Positions 40,007 through 53,048 of a stretch of DNA of 64,000 nt are shown in pieces. The DNA lies in contig CM119264.1 in the NCBI GenBank assembly GCA_051294375.1, positions 20,240,248-20,304,247 of the forward strand, in the 5' to 3' direction. The stretch comes from Paraspadella gotoi (lineage: Eukaryota > Animalia > Chaetognatha). How positions within the stretch are numbered: the first letter of the stretch is position 1; each line of letters starts with the position of its first letter. A program made the position numbers and the translations under genes. The notes beneath the pieces were generated by a model. That model saw only the letters and a list, made by a program, of their open reading frames with translations. It searched no databases and had not been told where the DNA came from.

Positions 40007-40208
40007 TATGGCAACAGCCGGGTTGCCTGTGATGCCCATTGGGATGGGGCATCTCACTGTTGGCTTTAAGGGCTTCAGTGGCGCCGCCTGCCACGGTTAC
40101 TCTAGGATAGTCTTGCTTTGCCAACGCAGAGGGAAGTTGTTCCCCCTCTGAGCCAATGGGATTGGCTGAACGACGGTGGATGTGACTCAGTGTGATTATA
40201 CCGCCACA
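40007..40208. mobile_element. Hairpin-rich solo LTR
   Basis: t(a)tggc...gccaca inverted termini with ACCG direct repeat on both sides (40003-40006, 40209-40212). Confidence 0.65.
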
Positions 40209-40350
40209 ACCGACCCTTTTTTAATAAAACTGAGGCAGGGTTTGACCTTTATTCTAATATTTCTAATTATGCATATTTATGAGCTTTATGTTTCATTGAC
40301 AAAGAATCGCTTCTCGCTTCAACTCACCTTAACTTCTCGCTTCAACTCAC

Positions 40351-40458
40351 CTGAATGGGCTCTGGTTTCACCCTCAACGGAATCCCCAACTCTTTTCTGA
40401 TTTCCGCGTCGAGCTCTTCGTCAGTCGCCGCCCACTCTTGGGTGGGGAACACGATTTG
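40351..40458 (-). CDS. SLC6 exon 10 (C-terminal cytoplasmic)
   Basis: long pyrimidine tract ccttcgcag|QIVFPTQEWAATDEELDAEIRKELGIPLRVKPEPIQ|gtgagt; P...W resembles the P..WGP motif after TM12; phase 0->0. Confidence 0.78.
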
Positions 40459-41095
40459 CTGCGAAGGAGGGACGAGGAGGGATGAGAGGAGGAGGAGGAG
40501 GTGAAGGTGAGGGAGTATGGGTGAAAAAATGAATTTTTCTGTTCACTCGGCGCGGCAAGTCGGCAATTAAGAGGAAACATGAACGTTTCTGTTAGAGCGG
40601 CAAGGGAGCGAATGATTAAGACTTAAGAGAGTAAATACTGAAGAGGGCTAATTCAGGAGATTGAGCAATCTTGGTGAGTCCATGAGTATGAAACAGAAAA
40701 AAAAAACAAAAAACGACGAAACCATCAAAGTTGTAGAAAAGAGCGACAGACAAAAAATAAATTGACAAAGTACAAAATCAGTCTGGAGTATTAATTCATT
40801 TTTTAATGTTTTTAAAAAATGAAATTCGCATAAATATATGACAAATTTTATCTTATCCATCCTTTAATTCACTGAACCCGATTTCAATCGCAAATCCGTC
40901 CAAAAAGAAATGAGTCGCTTGACCCGAAGGCCAATTCGTTGTTTTTTTTTTGAACGCTTTATTTTCTCCAACTTGATTCCCCCAAAATTTATGTGTCTTT
41001 CACGAAATTTAGTATCGCTTGGTTTTCTATTTATTTCTTATCCGGGTATTTATTTGACACGTTTTTCATGAGACATTACTTGTTTTGCATTAGAG

Positions 41096-41687
41096 AACAA
41101 GTTTGAGCAAACAATGTCGGATCTGCCCTCGATCATTATCGGTAATTAATTAATTAATTAATTAATTCAAGTTAATTAATTAATTAGGCAATTAATTAAT
41201 TAATTTGATCCAAAATGTTTGTTTTGATTGATTAGTCGACTGATTAATTAATTATTGAATAATTATTTGACTAATTGATTATTTAACTGATTAATTATTT
41301 AATTAATTAATACACCTTGCATTTACATTTAATATAAAAAGGAAAAAAAGCATAATCAATTATTCAATTAGTGAAACTGTTTTTTGTTTTTCATTTAAAC
41401 TCATTTCCACTCAAATGATTCCATCAAAACTTGATTTTCACTAATCACACATTTCCTACTCACACACAAAATTTCCGATCAATCGCCCATCCACTCGGAG
41501 TAATAGTAATATTCAAATAGTGATATTTATTTTTTATTTTTTCCATTTTAACTCATTTCCACTCGGACGATTCCATCGAAACTTCATACCAGCTCATCAC
41601 ACAGTTCCCTACCCACACACAAAATTCATTCCAATCCATCCATCACAATCACGAGTAATTGGTGTATTTGCTAAGGTGGGATGGACG

Positions 41688-41718
<31 letters not shown>

Positions 41719-41765
41719 GACGGACGGACATCTTTTTTTTTGGCCTAATTTATCATAATTCGATG
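41096..41765 (-). mobile_element. DINE-1/HINE-like element, family A (5'-truncated)
   Basis: Reverse complement of ~29380-30077; (GACA/GACG)n at 41682-41730. Confidence 0.7.
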
Positions 41766-41986
41766 GATTGATATAGATTGGTAACGCGCAAGAAAAAAGG
41801 CGACGCATTTGTGCGGAGCACACGCTGACAAATGCGATAGCCAACTTAAATGTGTCACGTAAAGGTCAAAATATTTAAGATTAAAACTGGTAAGCGATGA
41901 GAGGGAAACTCGATATTCTAACCAATGTTATGCATAGTAAAGTATTTATAAAATAGAAAAAGACTCACGAAATTAAACTATATTAT

Positions 41987-44900
41987 TGTAGATTCGAACC
42001 CGGGATGAATCAGCCACGTTCGGTGATCAGCCATGTCGCCAACCTTGCAGTTAGAAATATTATTCTCACAGATATTATTTAAAGTTACACATAATATTTA
42101 TTTTACCTTTTGTTTAACAAGACAAAGAATCAAATCAATTACAAATAATCAGCTGATTTTGTTTGTTTCCATCTTGTATCCATTCAATTGGAAATCAATT
42201 TTACAAAGCAAATGAAAATATAACAACTTCCTTAAAACTAATAGTGTTATTAATTTATCTGATTATTCTTTGTTCTATTGTCTTTTCGTAATAATGTATA
42301 ATTAATATTAATTTATTCGACTTGCTTTGTTTTGCTATATAGATACTTTCAATTTGTTGTCGGCAAAAGCATGGAATTCTATCATGCTTTGATTATTTTA
42401 TTAAGGTTCCTTTTATAATATAACCAAACAAGTGGTTAGCATTAACTTTAATCCTCGAAAGTTAAGAAACTTTTATCAGCGCTAACGACGCAACTTAAAC
42501 TTCCGGTGCCATCCACATTGGTGAACTCGCGACGAATCCTTTCCACCTTCAACCGGCCCAACATCAAAGCAATATGGATGAGCGATCCCAGAGACTCGCC
42601 AAACCGCCCGCCTACGCACAACAAACGACTCTCAACGTCCGGCACAATTTCTACCCAGGCCGCGCATCCCGGGAGACGTCCTCCCACATGGCTGGTCGAC
42701 GCGACTGACGCGCTGCCTTGCGATTTTCCGCCAACGTCACCGACATCGAAACCTCGCCTCACGCGCCAACGGCGAAATGGGACCGCCCCCGCTCTGACGA
42801 CACAGAGGCGCTGCGCTCAGCCCTTGAGCGGCGCTGAAAGCCCTCGAGAAGAGAAGGAAACCGGAATTGCGTCCTTTGAACCCCAGAAATATGACATTTG
42901 GATTCGCAGGGTCGAGGCGGATTTGTCCGCGCCAGCATCAGGAAAGAAGGCGAGAAGTTTGGCAGCATCTTCGAGTCCAAAAATAAGCGTAAGACGGCAC
43001 CCGCGCGTCAAAGCGTTTCTCTACGGCGACCCATCGGAACCAAATGGAACGGAGTTGTCGCTACTCCGTAAAGAGTACGGCATGACGCGCCGCGACGAAA
43101 GCGGCGCTCCTCCCACAGCGGTTTTTGGCCGCGACGGGGTCTACGCCGTCCCAAACTAGCGCACTGGAGGAAAAAGTTAAGCCGTCACCACTTGACCGAA
43201 TCCCAGAAGGAAACGGTAGTCAGGGGTCTACCCCTCGAGTGAGGCGTGCCCTTGAAGGACAAAGTCGATGACTGGACGGCGTCGCAAACCTCGCCGACGC
43301 CGCTTGCAAATTCTTCGAGACTCGAAAGGGCGCCCGAACTCTCGGCAGTACCGGCTTCGACGAATCAACTCCACTACCATCGCAATCGTGGCGAAGACTC
43401 AAGAGTGAATGGCCGATAACGCAACGGCGGCGTCAACGCAAAATTCCAAGTCAATCGCCTGACCAAATCGCCCGCAGCAGTCTTACTGGCGCCCCCAGCA
43501 CAATCCAGCGGCTCTCAAACACATGCCCGCCCGCCAAATGCACGCCTTAACCAGATATGCCGCTGGCACTTAAAGTTGGAGACGCTGCTTACCGCTCGAA
43601 CGCGTGCGCCCGTAAAAGCGAACGCCGTGACAGGAAGGAGCCGCAGTCGGGGAAATGGCGCTTGCGGGCCAGCGGAAGGTGACACGCTGTGCCCCGCGCC
43701 AAAGATGATTCACCCGACAACTTTCTGCTTCATGTGAAGGACGCCAAGGTCGACGGCCGCCCATTGGCTCGTCGACGCGGCGCCCTCATCTCCCTTGTCC
43801 GCCCACCTGGCGCAGAAACAGCAGGACCGGTTTGGAACCCAGCTCCAACAGCCAACGGCAGCCCCATCAATTCCTATGGTGTTGGGTACATCGCGTATTG
43901 TCCTCCAGCTCAAGAGTTTCCCTTTTGACGTCATCGCGGCCGAGTGACGCAGAATATATTGGGCGCCAATTTCTTAGCTGAATCTACCTAGCCCCAATCA
44001 CCGTGAAGGCACCCTGAATGATTTTACGTGACTCTCGACAATTGCATGCCGAATTTTCGGAGGCCATTCCTCCATCTCGCGTAAACTTTAATTCGATCAC
44101 GGAAAGATAATAATAATTCAATCAGCTCCTCGACCGTAACCCCGACATTATCAACTACCGACTTTTTGAACATCAAATGGGCGCCAAAACACGGGGTAAA
44201 GCATCACATCCCAACGCTTTGGAACCATGCAAGCAAGAGCCCGGCGCCTTCCCCCGAAAGCTCGCCGTTCGCCAAGGCAGAGCTGGAGAAGCTCGTGTCT
44301 GGGCATCGCAAACGAGCCAAGAGCTCATGGGTCCTTCGCCACTTCCTGTGCTCACCCAAAGCCGACGGAAGGATGGCGGCTGCTGCGGAGATTTCCGCGC
44401 GACTAATTCGAAAACAAAGTGTACGATTCAATATTATTCCTTCCCGTCAAACTCCTTAGTCCGACTTCAATGCGGAATCGCAAGGGAAGAAAATCTCTCA
44501 AAAATAGATTACTCAAGCTACCACAAATCGCCGGTAGCAGACGAAAGACAGTTGCCATAGACGGCGGTCATCACCCCCTTCGGTCTCTTCGTCTTCCTCA
44601 GACGCCTTCGGCCTCAAAAACGCTGGGCAGGACTTCCAGCGTATGATGGATGAAATACTCGGCCGATTCTCACCACGTAATGTTTACTAGACGACATCCT
44701 CGTCGCCAGCAATGACGAGGAGGAGCATCTGAAGGACCTCAAGTCGGTTTTCCGACTCCCTCGCCGCACGGGTTGTAGTTAACCGGAAAAAGTGCATTTT
44801 GGGCGAACAGTCCTTAGAGTTCCTCGGTTACTGGTGGATTGCGACGGGTCAGCCTCTCCCACACAAAGTCATAGCAATTCGCGCCATCTCACCCGTCTCA

Positions 44901-47073
44901 TCTTATCTCTGTAAGGAGCTGCAGAGGTTCTCGGTATGGTGAACTAAATCCGGCGCTTTATTCAAAGCGCTCACCATGCCTGCGGCCGCTCTAAACGACA
45001 TACTCGCTGGAAAACCGAGAGCAATTCTCAATCACTGGTCGGAGAAATGCTCGTGCGTCCGTTCATGCCGTCAAAGACGCATTAGCCAATGTGCACTACT
45101 CTTGCCGCCATCCGCAGACGCCACGCGCACTGGCGCCTTCACGCACCGATGCCTCCGACAATTGTTGTAGGTGCCGTGCTCGAGCAGAGGAACGCCACAA
45201 AGGATGGGTAACTCTCTAGTTCATTTTTTCTCTGCGAAACTCGACGAGCGCAAAGCCGATGGAACATTCGACAGAGAACTTTTATGGAGCCTCAGAGCGT
45301 GCCGAACACTTCCGCCACTGGCGGAGGGGAGATCTTTCACCTATACAGAACAGATGCAACCAGTCCTAATCATGCCCTGCATAAGAATCCGAGCCACAGA
45401 CTACGCGTCACAATTTTCAACTGTCTGTGATATCGGGATCACGAGCGACAATCAGCATGTACGCGGCAAGGCCAACGTAAGTAACGCCGATGCCCTGTCG
45501 AGGGCCCAACCCGCCGCCAAATCGCCGCAGTCCGACGTCCAGTGCCCCGCGGAAAAGACCAAGACCTCTACAGTAACCCGTCACGCATAGGGGCAAGAAG
45601 GCGTCGATTTGGACGGAAATGGCGCGCCACCAAACCTCGAACGCGACTTTCAGCGGTTTCTCCCAAGACGCCAGAAAACAGGGACTCCAGTTTCCGAAAA
45701 GTCAAAGTCGGCAAACCAGGAACTGTTCCGTCGAGCATCTCGAACGGACCCGCGAGACCATTCGTGCCCAAGAGTCCTGGCGTAGGAAAATCTTTGAATT
45801 GCATCCAACAGCCTCGGCGCCACCCGGCGTCGCCAAGAACCCGCGAGACCCATCGCCTCAAATTCGTCTGGCCATCCCTGAAGGGCCGATGCGAACCCGC
45901 TGGGACAAGGAAATGTGTCCTTGTCCAACAGAAAAGGTCCACCCTCACGTGGACCACCAAACATTGGGAATTCGAAGTTCCCAGCAAGGGCGTTTCCACC
46001 ACATCAACGATGGACATACCATTATGCCAGCATCAAATGGCTTCAAAAACTTGCCTTACAATCGTAGATCGATTCTCGAGATGGCCTGCAGCCATCCCAT
46101 GACAGATATGGTCGTCCACATCTGTAGGTCGACGCCCTCCACCCACGGCTGGATCGCCAACCTTTGGCATTCCCATCAAACATCACCACTGACCGCGGTG
46201 CCCCTCCATCGTCGCCAGTGCCGACGCCAGACACAGCCGGAAGCGATTCAGCGTGAGCCACGCCCACCAGTGGAAACGTGTGTTGCGTCCAAGACGATCG
46301 AACTTTTCTTACAAAATAAACTCTTCAACCGACCTGATTACAAACGCCCGTCCTATGCCATTTATCGAGTTGTAACTGTAATCTAATTTGATTACCTTTT
46401 TTAAAACTGTCCGCTATTACTTACCTAGAGTAGATTTAAATTAGTCACATCTCTTGCGTTCGAATCAATAATTCGTACTCTTTGAGCCAATTGCGTTTCC
46501 GTAAACTGTAGAGTTTCCGTCTGGGGGGGATGTAGATTCGAAACCGGATGGAATCAGCCACGTTCGTGACTCAAGCCAATGTCGCCACCTTTGGCAGTTA
46601 GAAAGTATATCTCACAACAGATATTATTTAAAGTTACACAAGTATTTAATATTTATTTTACTTTTGTTTTACCAAGACAAAAGATCAATCCAATTTACAA
46701 TAATGCAGCTGATTTGTTTTGTTGTCATCTTGTATTCCAATTCACTTGGATCATTTATACAAAGCCAATGAAATTACAACTTCCCTTAAAACTAATAAGT
46801 GTTATAATTTTACTGATTATTCTTTGTTATTGTCTTTCTTTCTATTATGTATAATTAATCAATTAATTATTCATTGCTTGTTTTGCTATATAGATATTTC
46901 AATTGTTGTCGGGCAAAAGCAATGGAATATCTATATGCTTTGATTATTTATTAAGGTTTCCTTTTTATTAATATAACCAACACAAGTTGGTTAGCATTAA
47001 TTTTATCTCGAAGTTAAAGAAACTATTCTATCAGCGCTAACGACGGCCCAAACTTACTTCCGTGCCATCCACA
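41987..47073 (+). mobile_element. Ty3/Gypsy LTR retrotransposon with both LTRs, antisense in SLC6 intron 9
   Basis: LTRs 41987-42517 and 46531-47073 (TGTAG...CCACA); TTAT TSD on both sides; PBS-like tggtgaactcgcgacg at 42519; PPT ggggggga before the 3' LTR; PR-RT-RH-IN order. Confidence 0.96.
42860..46200 (+). pseudogene. Frameshift-riddled gag-pol of the Gypsy element
   Basis: Protease VD(T)GA-like ~43771; RT TAVITPFGLF ~44561, FGLKNAGQDFQRMMD ~44606, Y(L)DDILVAS ~44685; RNase H TDAS ~45143 and GKANV.ADALSR ~45465; integrase LTIVDRFSRWP ~46055 and ITTDRG ~46182; boundaries approximate. Confidence 0.9.
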
Positions 47074-47536
47074 TTATATAAAAAAAATGAATCAAGAGTT
47101 CCGTATGTGATAAAGGAAAATGTATTGTTATTATAAGAAAAAATATGAAATCGATTTTCCACTAAAAGATCGAGTGAAATAGTCACGAAATACAAAGAAC
47201 GCCAACAACAAACGCAAGAAAACAATTCTCTCTCTTGATTAAATTTGGAAAGAGGCAGCACGACCGTTTAAGCGAGACTCGTCACGCCCCGTCGTCCTCC
47301 GACTCGGCTTTTCACAATGTTCAACAGCGAATTTTGAATATCAGTCTTTTTTCATCCGAAAATTTTGAATCCCCGAGAACGCGTTGTTCTCTTAATACTG
47401 AATGATATTGATCTCTTCCGCGTCCCATTGGCCCTCTGCCCACACGGCACCACCAGCCAAGAAAGGAAATATTAATGCGCAGGTTAAAGCCTGCTTCTTC
47501 CTTTGTCCGCCTATCTCACGCAGCCCCACCACTCAC

Positions 47537-47726
47537 CCGGAGCCGCTGATTTTTTGTGCCGACGACGCCGGTGAAGGAGCGAATGGCGCCGATGATGGGA
47601 AGAAGAAAGACGCCGATGATGAAAAACATCCACCCGAGTTCGTCGAGCCAGTAGGGCACGATGTAGTAGAGGGAGAAGGTCGAGAGGGCACGCCGTGAGG
47701 GCTGGTAGGCGAAGATACCCGTCAAG
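47537..47726 (-). CDS. SLC6 exon 9 (TM12)
   Basis: ctccgccag|(S)LTGIFAYQP...YIVPYWLDELGWMFFIIGVFLLPII...QRLR|gtgagt; Y..P.W...LGW motif. Confidence 0.87.
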
Positions 47727-47792
47727 CTGGCGGAGATGGATTAGCGATATCAGTGAAGGTTCTAGTTTATCCAGCAATAAATACCTCATTAC

Positions 47793-48055
47793 CTAAAGAA
47801 CAACAACAACAGCGTGGTGACGCTCCCGCCGTACGTCACCGTCAGCATCGTTTGGCGCCAAAGCCAGCGAATGTCCTTGGCAAGCGGGAGGCGTGGCCGT
47901 CGCATCGCGAACACCATCGCCTTAACGTCGGTGTGAAGGTAGCGAAAGGTGTAGCAGGTCATCAGAAAGAAGGTGTGGAGGAAAGTGATGCAGACGGAAG
48001 GGAGATAGGGGACGAGATCGATGCTCATCACCACCAGGACGATGATGAGGCGGAC
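47793..48055 (-). CDS. SLC6 exon 8 (TM10-11)
   Basis: ttcattcag|VRLIIVLVVMSIDLVPY...YTFRYLHTDVKAM...RWLWRQ...LLLFF|gtaatg; Y......D...M motif; phase 0->2. Confidence 0.85.
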
Positions 48056-48333
48056 CTGAATGAATGAATAAACCAGTGAATGAATAAACCAGGTACTCTG
48101 GGAGTGAATAAACGAGACTTTGAGAGAGTCTTGATTGAAAGCTTGCAGGGACCTGCTATGTCATTATCTTGTAAGAGTGATGGAGGCCTTAAACCACCAA
48201 AGCCAGTCCAAAGTCAGGGGCAAGATAGCTTATTTATTAAATGAATGGATAAAAAAAAGAAGAAGAATTGAAACTAAAAAAAAATAGAAAAGAGTAAAAA
48301 ATTATCGAAAGGATGTAAATAAGTTAAACGTAC

Positions 48334-48523
48334 CAAACTGCCTACAAAGTCGGTGATCATAGCGAATCCCATCAAGTAGAAGCAAGTCAGTGTCAATGAC
48401 CCCATCGTTGCCATATAGAGAAAATCAATCTTGGACATTTGAAAATGCTCGATCAGGGCCAAAATCAGGATGAGTTCAACGTTCAAGGCCATGAAGAAAA
48501 CCATGATGTAAAGTAACATCGAC
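48334..48523 (-). CDS. SLC6 exon 7 (TM8-9)
   Basis: cctttccag|(W)SMLLYIMVFFMALNVEL...CFYLMGFAMITDFVGSL|gtacgt; phase 2->0. Confidence 0.85.
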
Positions 48524-48930
48524 CTGGAAAGGAATTGGTGTAGACTAATGTACAGAATACTTTGGCTTTTTTATGTGGAATATTCGATTTTCTTGAAATA
48601 TTTATTCTTGATTTCAGTTTATTCAGAAATCCGTTTTATCCAAGACCAAGGACAGGTGAAAAAAAACCCGATGAAATAGTTCAAATAGTCGGATGATGAT
48701 AACACAAACTAACAAACCCTCCTTTAAATTATTCAAGACAAAAGAGAAACGTAAACGATAAAAAATTAAAAAAATTAAAATGCATAAAAAATAAGGATCA
48801 TTAACAATTCACTGCCTGAGAAAAGATAGGGGCGTGATCAAAAGAAAACAAAAACAAACAAAAAGGGGAAAAGGGAGAGTTAAAATAAAAGAAGAGGAAG
48901 AGAGCGAGAAAGAGAGAGAGAGAGCGTGCG

Positions 48931-48935
<5 letters not shown>

Positions 48936-49008
<73 letters not shown>
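48936..49008 (+). repeat. (GA)n microsatellite; similar runs at 52966-53041, 53972-54019, 9290-9400 and elsewhere
   Basis: Perfect dinucleotide run. Confidence 0.95.
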
Positions 49009-49011
<3 letters not shown>

Positions 49012-49037
49012 AGGCGGAGACAACATCACAGGCTCAC

Positions 49038-49276
49038 CAAAGGTTTGACCCCGGCAGCTTGGCCAAGATCTCAGCAAAGACGACAAAAACGACGTCAGGC
49101 CCCTGGTGGCGAAATACTCGAGCGGAAGTCGATAATCTCGCGCAAGGTGCCCATGGCGCCGAAGGCGGCGAAGGAGGCGACGACGCCGAAGAAGACGTTG
49201 CAGCCGATGGCCAAGTAGGAGGCGGTGATAAAGTCAGTGTTCCACTTGTTGTAGGAACCGATCATAATCAGGCCGA
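49038..49276 (-). CDS. SLC6 exon 6 (TM6-7, EL4); contains apparent frameshifts
   Basis: GLIMIGSYNKW...AMGTL then, after frame changes, GPDVVFVVFAEILAKLPGSNL(W)|gtgagc; SYN and GP...FV...E....LP.S..W motifs; 5' boundary uncertain. Confidence 0.8.
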
Positions 49277-52200
49277 CTGGAAGCCGTTGGGTGGGGAAGG
49301 GCGAAAGAAATGGGAGCAGAAGCAGATCAGGGGAATGAAAGTACAAGTATACGGTGGGCGAAAGAAATAACAAGCTTGTTGAATTCTTCGATCGAGTAGT
49401 AGCGGGTTACAATCGTGACTTTAAAATATATAGAAGAAAAAACAAATTAACATTAAAAGAAAATCGAATCTGTGAATCTCGTTCGAAGAGAAAAAAATAT
49501 AGAGCGGAATCATATCTATCGGTGAGTCTCTCAATCGGAATTCCCTTCTCACTAACAGCGCCTCGTAAATTTTTAAGAAGGCTCCTCATTGGAAGTCGTG
49601 AATCATAACGTCACGCGGGAAAATTGAGAATTTGCATAATTTACGACCAGGAAGGGCGTCAGGGGTCAGGGGATCAGGGGTGAACACTCAACACCCGAAT
49701 AGGTCGACAAACAAAGGTAAAAAAAAACTGCAAAGACCTTGACGAAAAAAAAAGAACTTTCTGGATTCTTAATGAATTGAAAAACGACCTTTTTCCTAGG
49801 TTGTCCGTTCGAATGGTGAAATAAACTAAATAGTTCCGTTGAGAATCGGGTTTTCGTCTTCCAATCAGTTCAGTTTCTTCCCTAATTAGAAAATCTTTTT
49901 TTCTCTTTTCTTTTTTCTCTCGTTTCATTCTCGTTGATAACTTTGTTTCCCTTTCCTTCTCTTCTGTTGCCCTAATCACTCGTTCATTCTTTCACCTTTA
50001 TCCTTCCTTAATCGAATTAACCTTTTTACCATATTTAGATTCCTCCATCGATTTTTAATTTTGTCAGAACGTTTTACTCATTTTTTACCCTATTTTTTTG
50101 ACACGCTAATTTTCTGATTACGCGAAGTAGATTGGTGAATCAAAAACTAGTAATCAATAGTTAGTGTTATGTCTCGAATAGACGGAAAAAAATCCTCGTT
50201 TAAAATTCATTCGGGAAGTGAGGTAACGAAGCCTTACCAGTGCATTGTCACCGTCAAACATCTCGAAAATAATTATTTTTTTTAATATGTTTGAAAGGGA
50301 AAATACAAAAATTCAGAATGCGGGTCCGCCTTGTATGCACATACATAAAAATGTTTTTAAAAGTTTTGGGCACTTCCATGTCTTGGGGCTTGGGGCAAAA
50401 GGGCGAATTAAAAATTTTACCTTTTAATCAGTAAACAATGACATTCAAGATGAGTAGATTTTAATTTTTTTTTTTCTCACTGAAATTTTTATTTAAGAAG
50501 AAATAAAAAGAAAGCTAAAAATAAATTATCTTTTTTTCTATTAAAAAAAATTATCAATACAATTTAACACAACATGATGTCTTGCTTTGTCAAATATGTC
50601 CCCAGCTATGTAATTTTTAAAAATTTTATTATGATAAACAAGCAGTGTGTAAGCTTTTTTTTTGCAGTTGAAGATAATGAAAAATGACGATTTTTTCTCC
50701 ACAGACAAGAAGTAGACGTCCAGACTGTTTATATTAAGCTGAAAACATTTTTGTATTTATCATTTTTTATATTTAAAAAAACATTTTATCAAGCTATACA
50801 TAAATTTTTGCTTGTTTTTTACTTTAACTGAAAATGCAAGCAATTTTATGCAGTAGAGAAAATTTAATGGTAATCAAAAATGTAATTTAGGCTTTCCTTT
50901 TTCAAATTAAGAAAGAAAAACAACAAATTTCATATAGCTTCAATGAAATTTTTTAATCCAAAAAACTGTTATATACTTTAACTCCGATTTAAATAAAGGC
51001 TGTGTAAAGATTTATGGATAAAATTTAATAAAACTTATTTAGAAAGGTGTCCCATGATTAGGGCTTAAATTATACCTCGCCCACGTTCCTATCTCTTTTC
51101 TTTCAAAAGTTATTCAAGAAAATAACTTTTTTTACCGTTAGAGAACTAAAGATTTGAACTACGCAGTAAACAAATCTTTGTTAAATAAAAATTTCGGCAG
51201 AGCAGGAGTATCTCAATTTATCCTATTGGTACAATACCTAAATTTCAAATAAAACCTAAAGAAAAATTTCTGCCCTCTAGAGACTTATGACTATCAGGTG
51301 TACCCATTGTCTTACTCATTTATGGATTATGTTGGAAGAAATCAGTGAAACGTTTCCTCTTTTTTTAAATAGTTTGTACTAGCGCGTCAGAAATCTAAGA
51401 AGAAACTCGAAAATTTTATTCTGACAAATTTTGCCTTTCAAGGCTGACGTTTATGCTATATCTCAGAAATCATTGTAGGAATTTAAAAACGGTTTTTTGC
51501 AAGTGAATATTGATATCATCCTCAAGGGACCGGCATAAAAAATATATAAAAAATATATATGATATTAGCTCTCGGGTGAGGTATCTACATATATTTCTTT
51601 TTTCCGCAAACGACGATTTTTTATTTTGTTTCCGTCCTCCTTTTTCATCCCTCTGCTTTTGCCTTTTCTTCCCACTTTTTCACTTCCGTTTTCTCTCACG
51701 CTTCTTTTTTTTTTTTTTTGCCAACGGCCTTCAGGCCTTTTTGCCACACTATTCACAAATATGGGAGGGGCTACTTTTTTGCAGTACTTCTTAAACCCGT
51801 CGCATTCTTTTGTCATAATATTTTTTTTCATTATTTCCATTATCTCACTAATAAAAAAGCAGTTCAATTAAATCTCAGTATTATGTAATTTTTACATTTA
51901 TATCCGAATAAGTACTATATTAGGACTAAGCTCTGACGAAACAAAGCCAGAGGTTTTTTTAATATATTCTTATACCGGCCAAGGTAGAATGATGGCAATA
52001 TTATAAATATTAAGTTTCAAAAAATCCGACCATAAATATAGAAAATATTAACCAAAAATCTTCGGAAAATCCACCCCTTCTTTGGAAGATTTCGCCATAA
52101 AAGATTTTTCCAGAATCTGACTCCGGTTGAAAACTCTTAGAATTCTGATCGTTAGCTCCTCTTTTACTTTTACGTTAAATAAAAATTTCACCAAAATGGA

Positions 52201-52961
52201 CTAATTCACTTTCCTATGATCGTATCATATCAAAATAACCAAATAAAATGTTAAATAAAATTTTTGAGAGCCTTCAGATACTTTGCCAAAGGATTCCAAA
52301 ATTGGACGTCATTTGTTGAACAGGAACATACCTCAGTCACGTTTATATATCGTTTTCAAGGGAAAAAATCCCTTTCATTTCTATATAAAATCAGAGATGG
52401 AAAATTTTTTTCCTCCAGAAACAGTCTATTTGTTCTGGCTTGTTTGATGTTGATGATTTGACAAGAGAAAAAAAATGCGAGCCCTTCAGATACAACAGGA
52501 TCGGAATCCAGTGTTTTTACATCAATTTTTTACCGGAACGTTTCTATTGTTTGGTAGTCAGATTTGAACGAAAATCTCCATTGAAAATCTCTTCCTCGAT
52601 TGCTAAGAACGACGTAGGCTCCTAACTATATTTTCTTTCCACATGCCTTACCATCAACTTCTTTTTTTCTTACAGCACTCAAAATATCGTTTTTCTCCTT
52701 GCTCCATTTTTTTTCCCTTTTTTTCCTCGCTCAAGGCTCAAGCGCTTCTTTTTTCCTCCTCAGTTTTCTCCTTTTTTATCGTCAACGGATTCTGGCTCAA
52801 AGAATTCGTCGATAATCTTTACTATATTTATCCGAACACGTTTCTTTAGTTTATTAGTCTTTCTCATCTTTGCTTTGAATAATATTCTCTGCAGTATGTA
52901 TTCGTCTACCCAAAGTCTTATCATTTCTCTCTTTTTTTCTTTATTTCTTTATTTCTTTATT

Positions 52962-53048
<87 letters not shown>

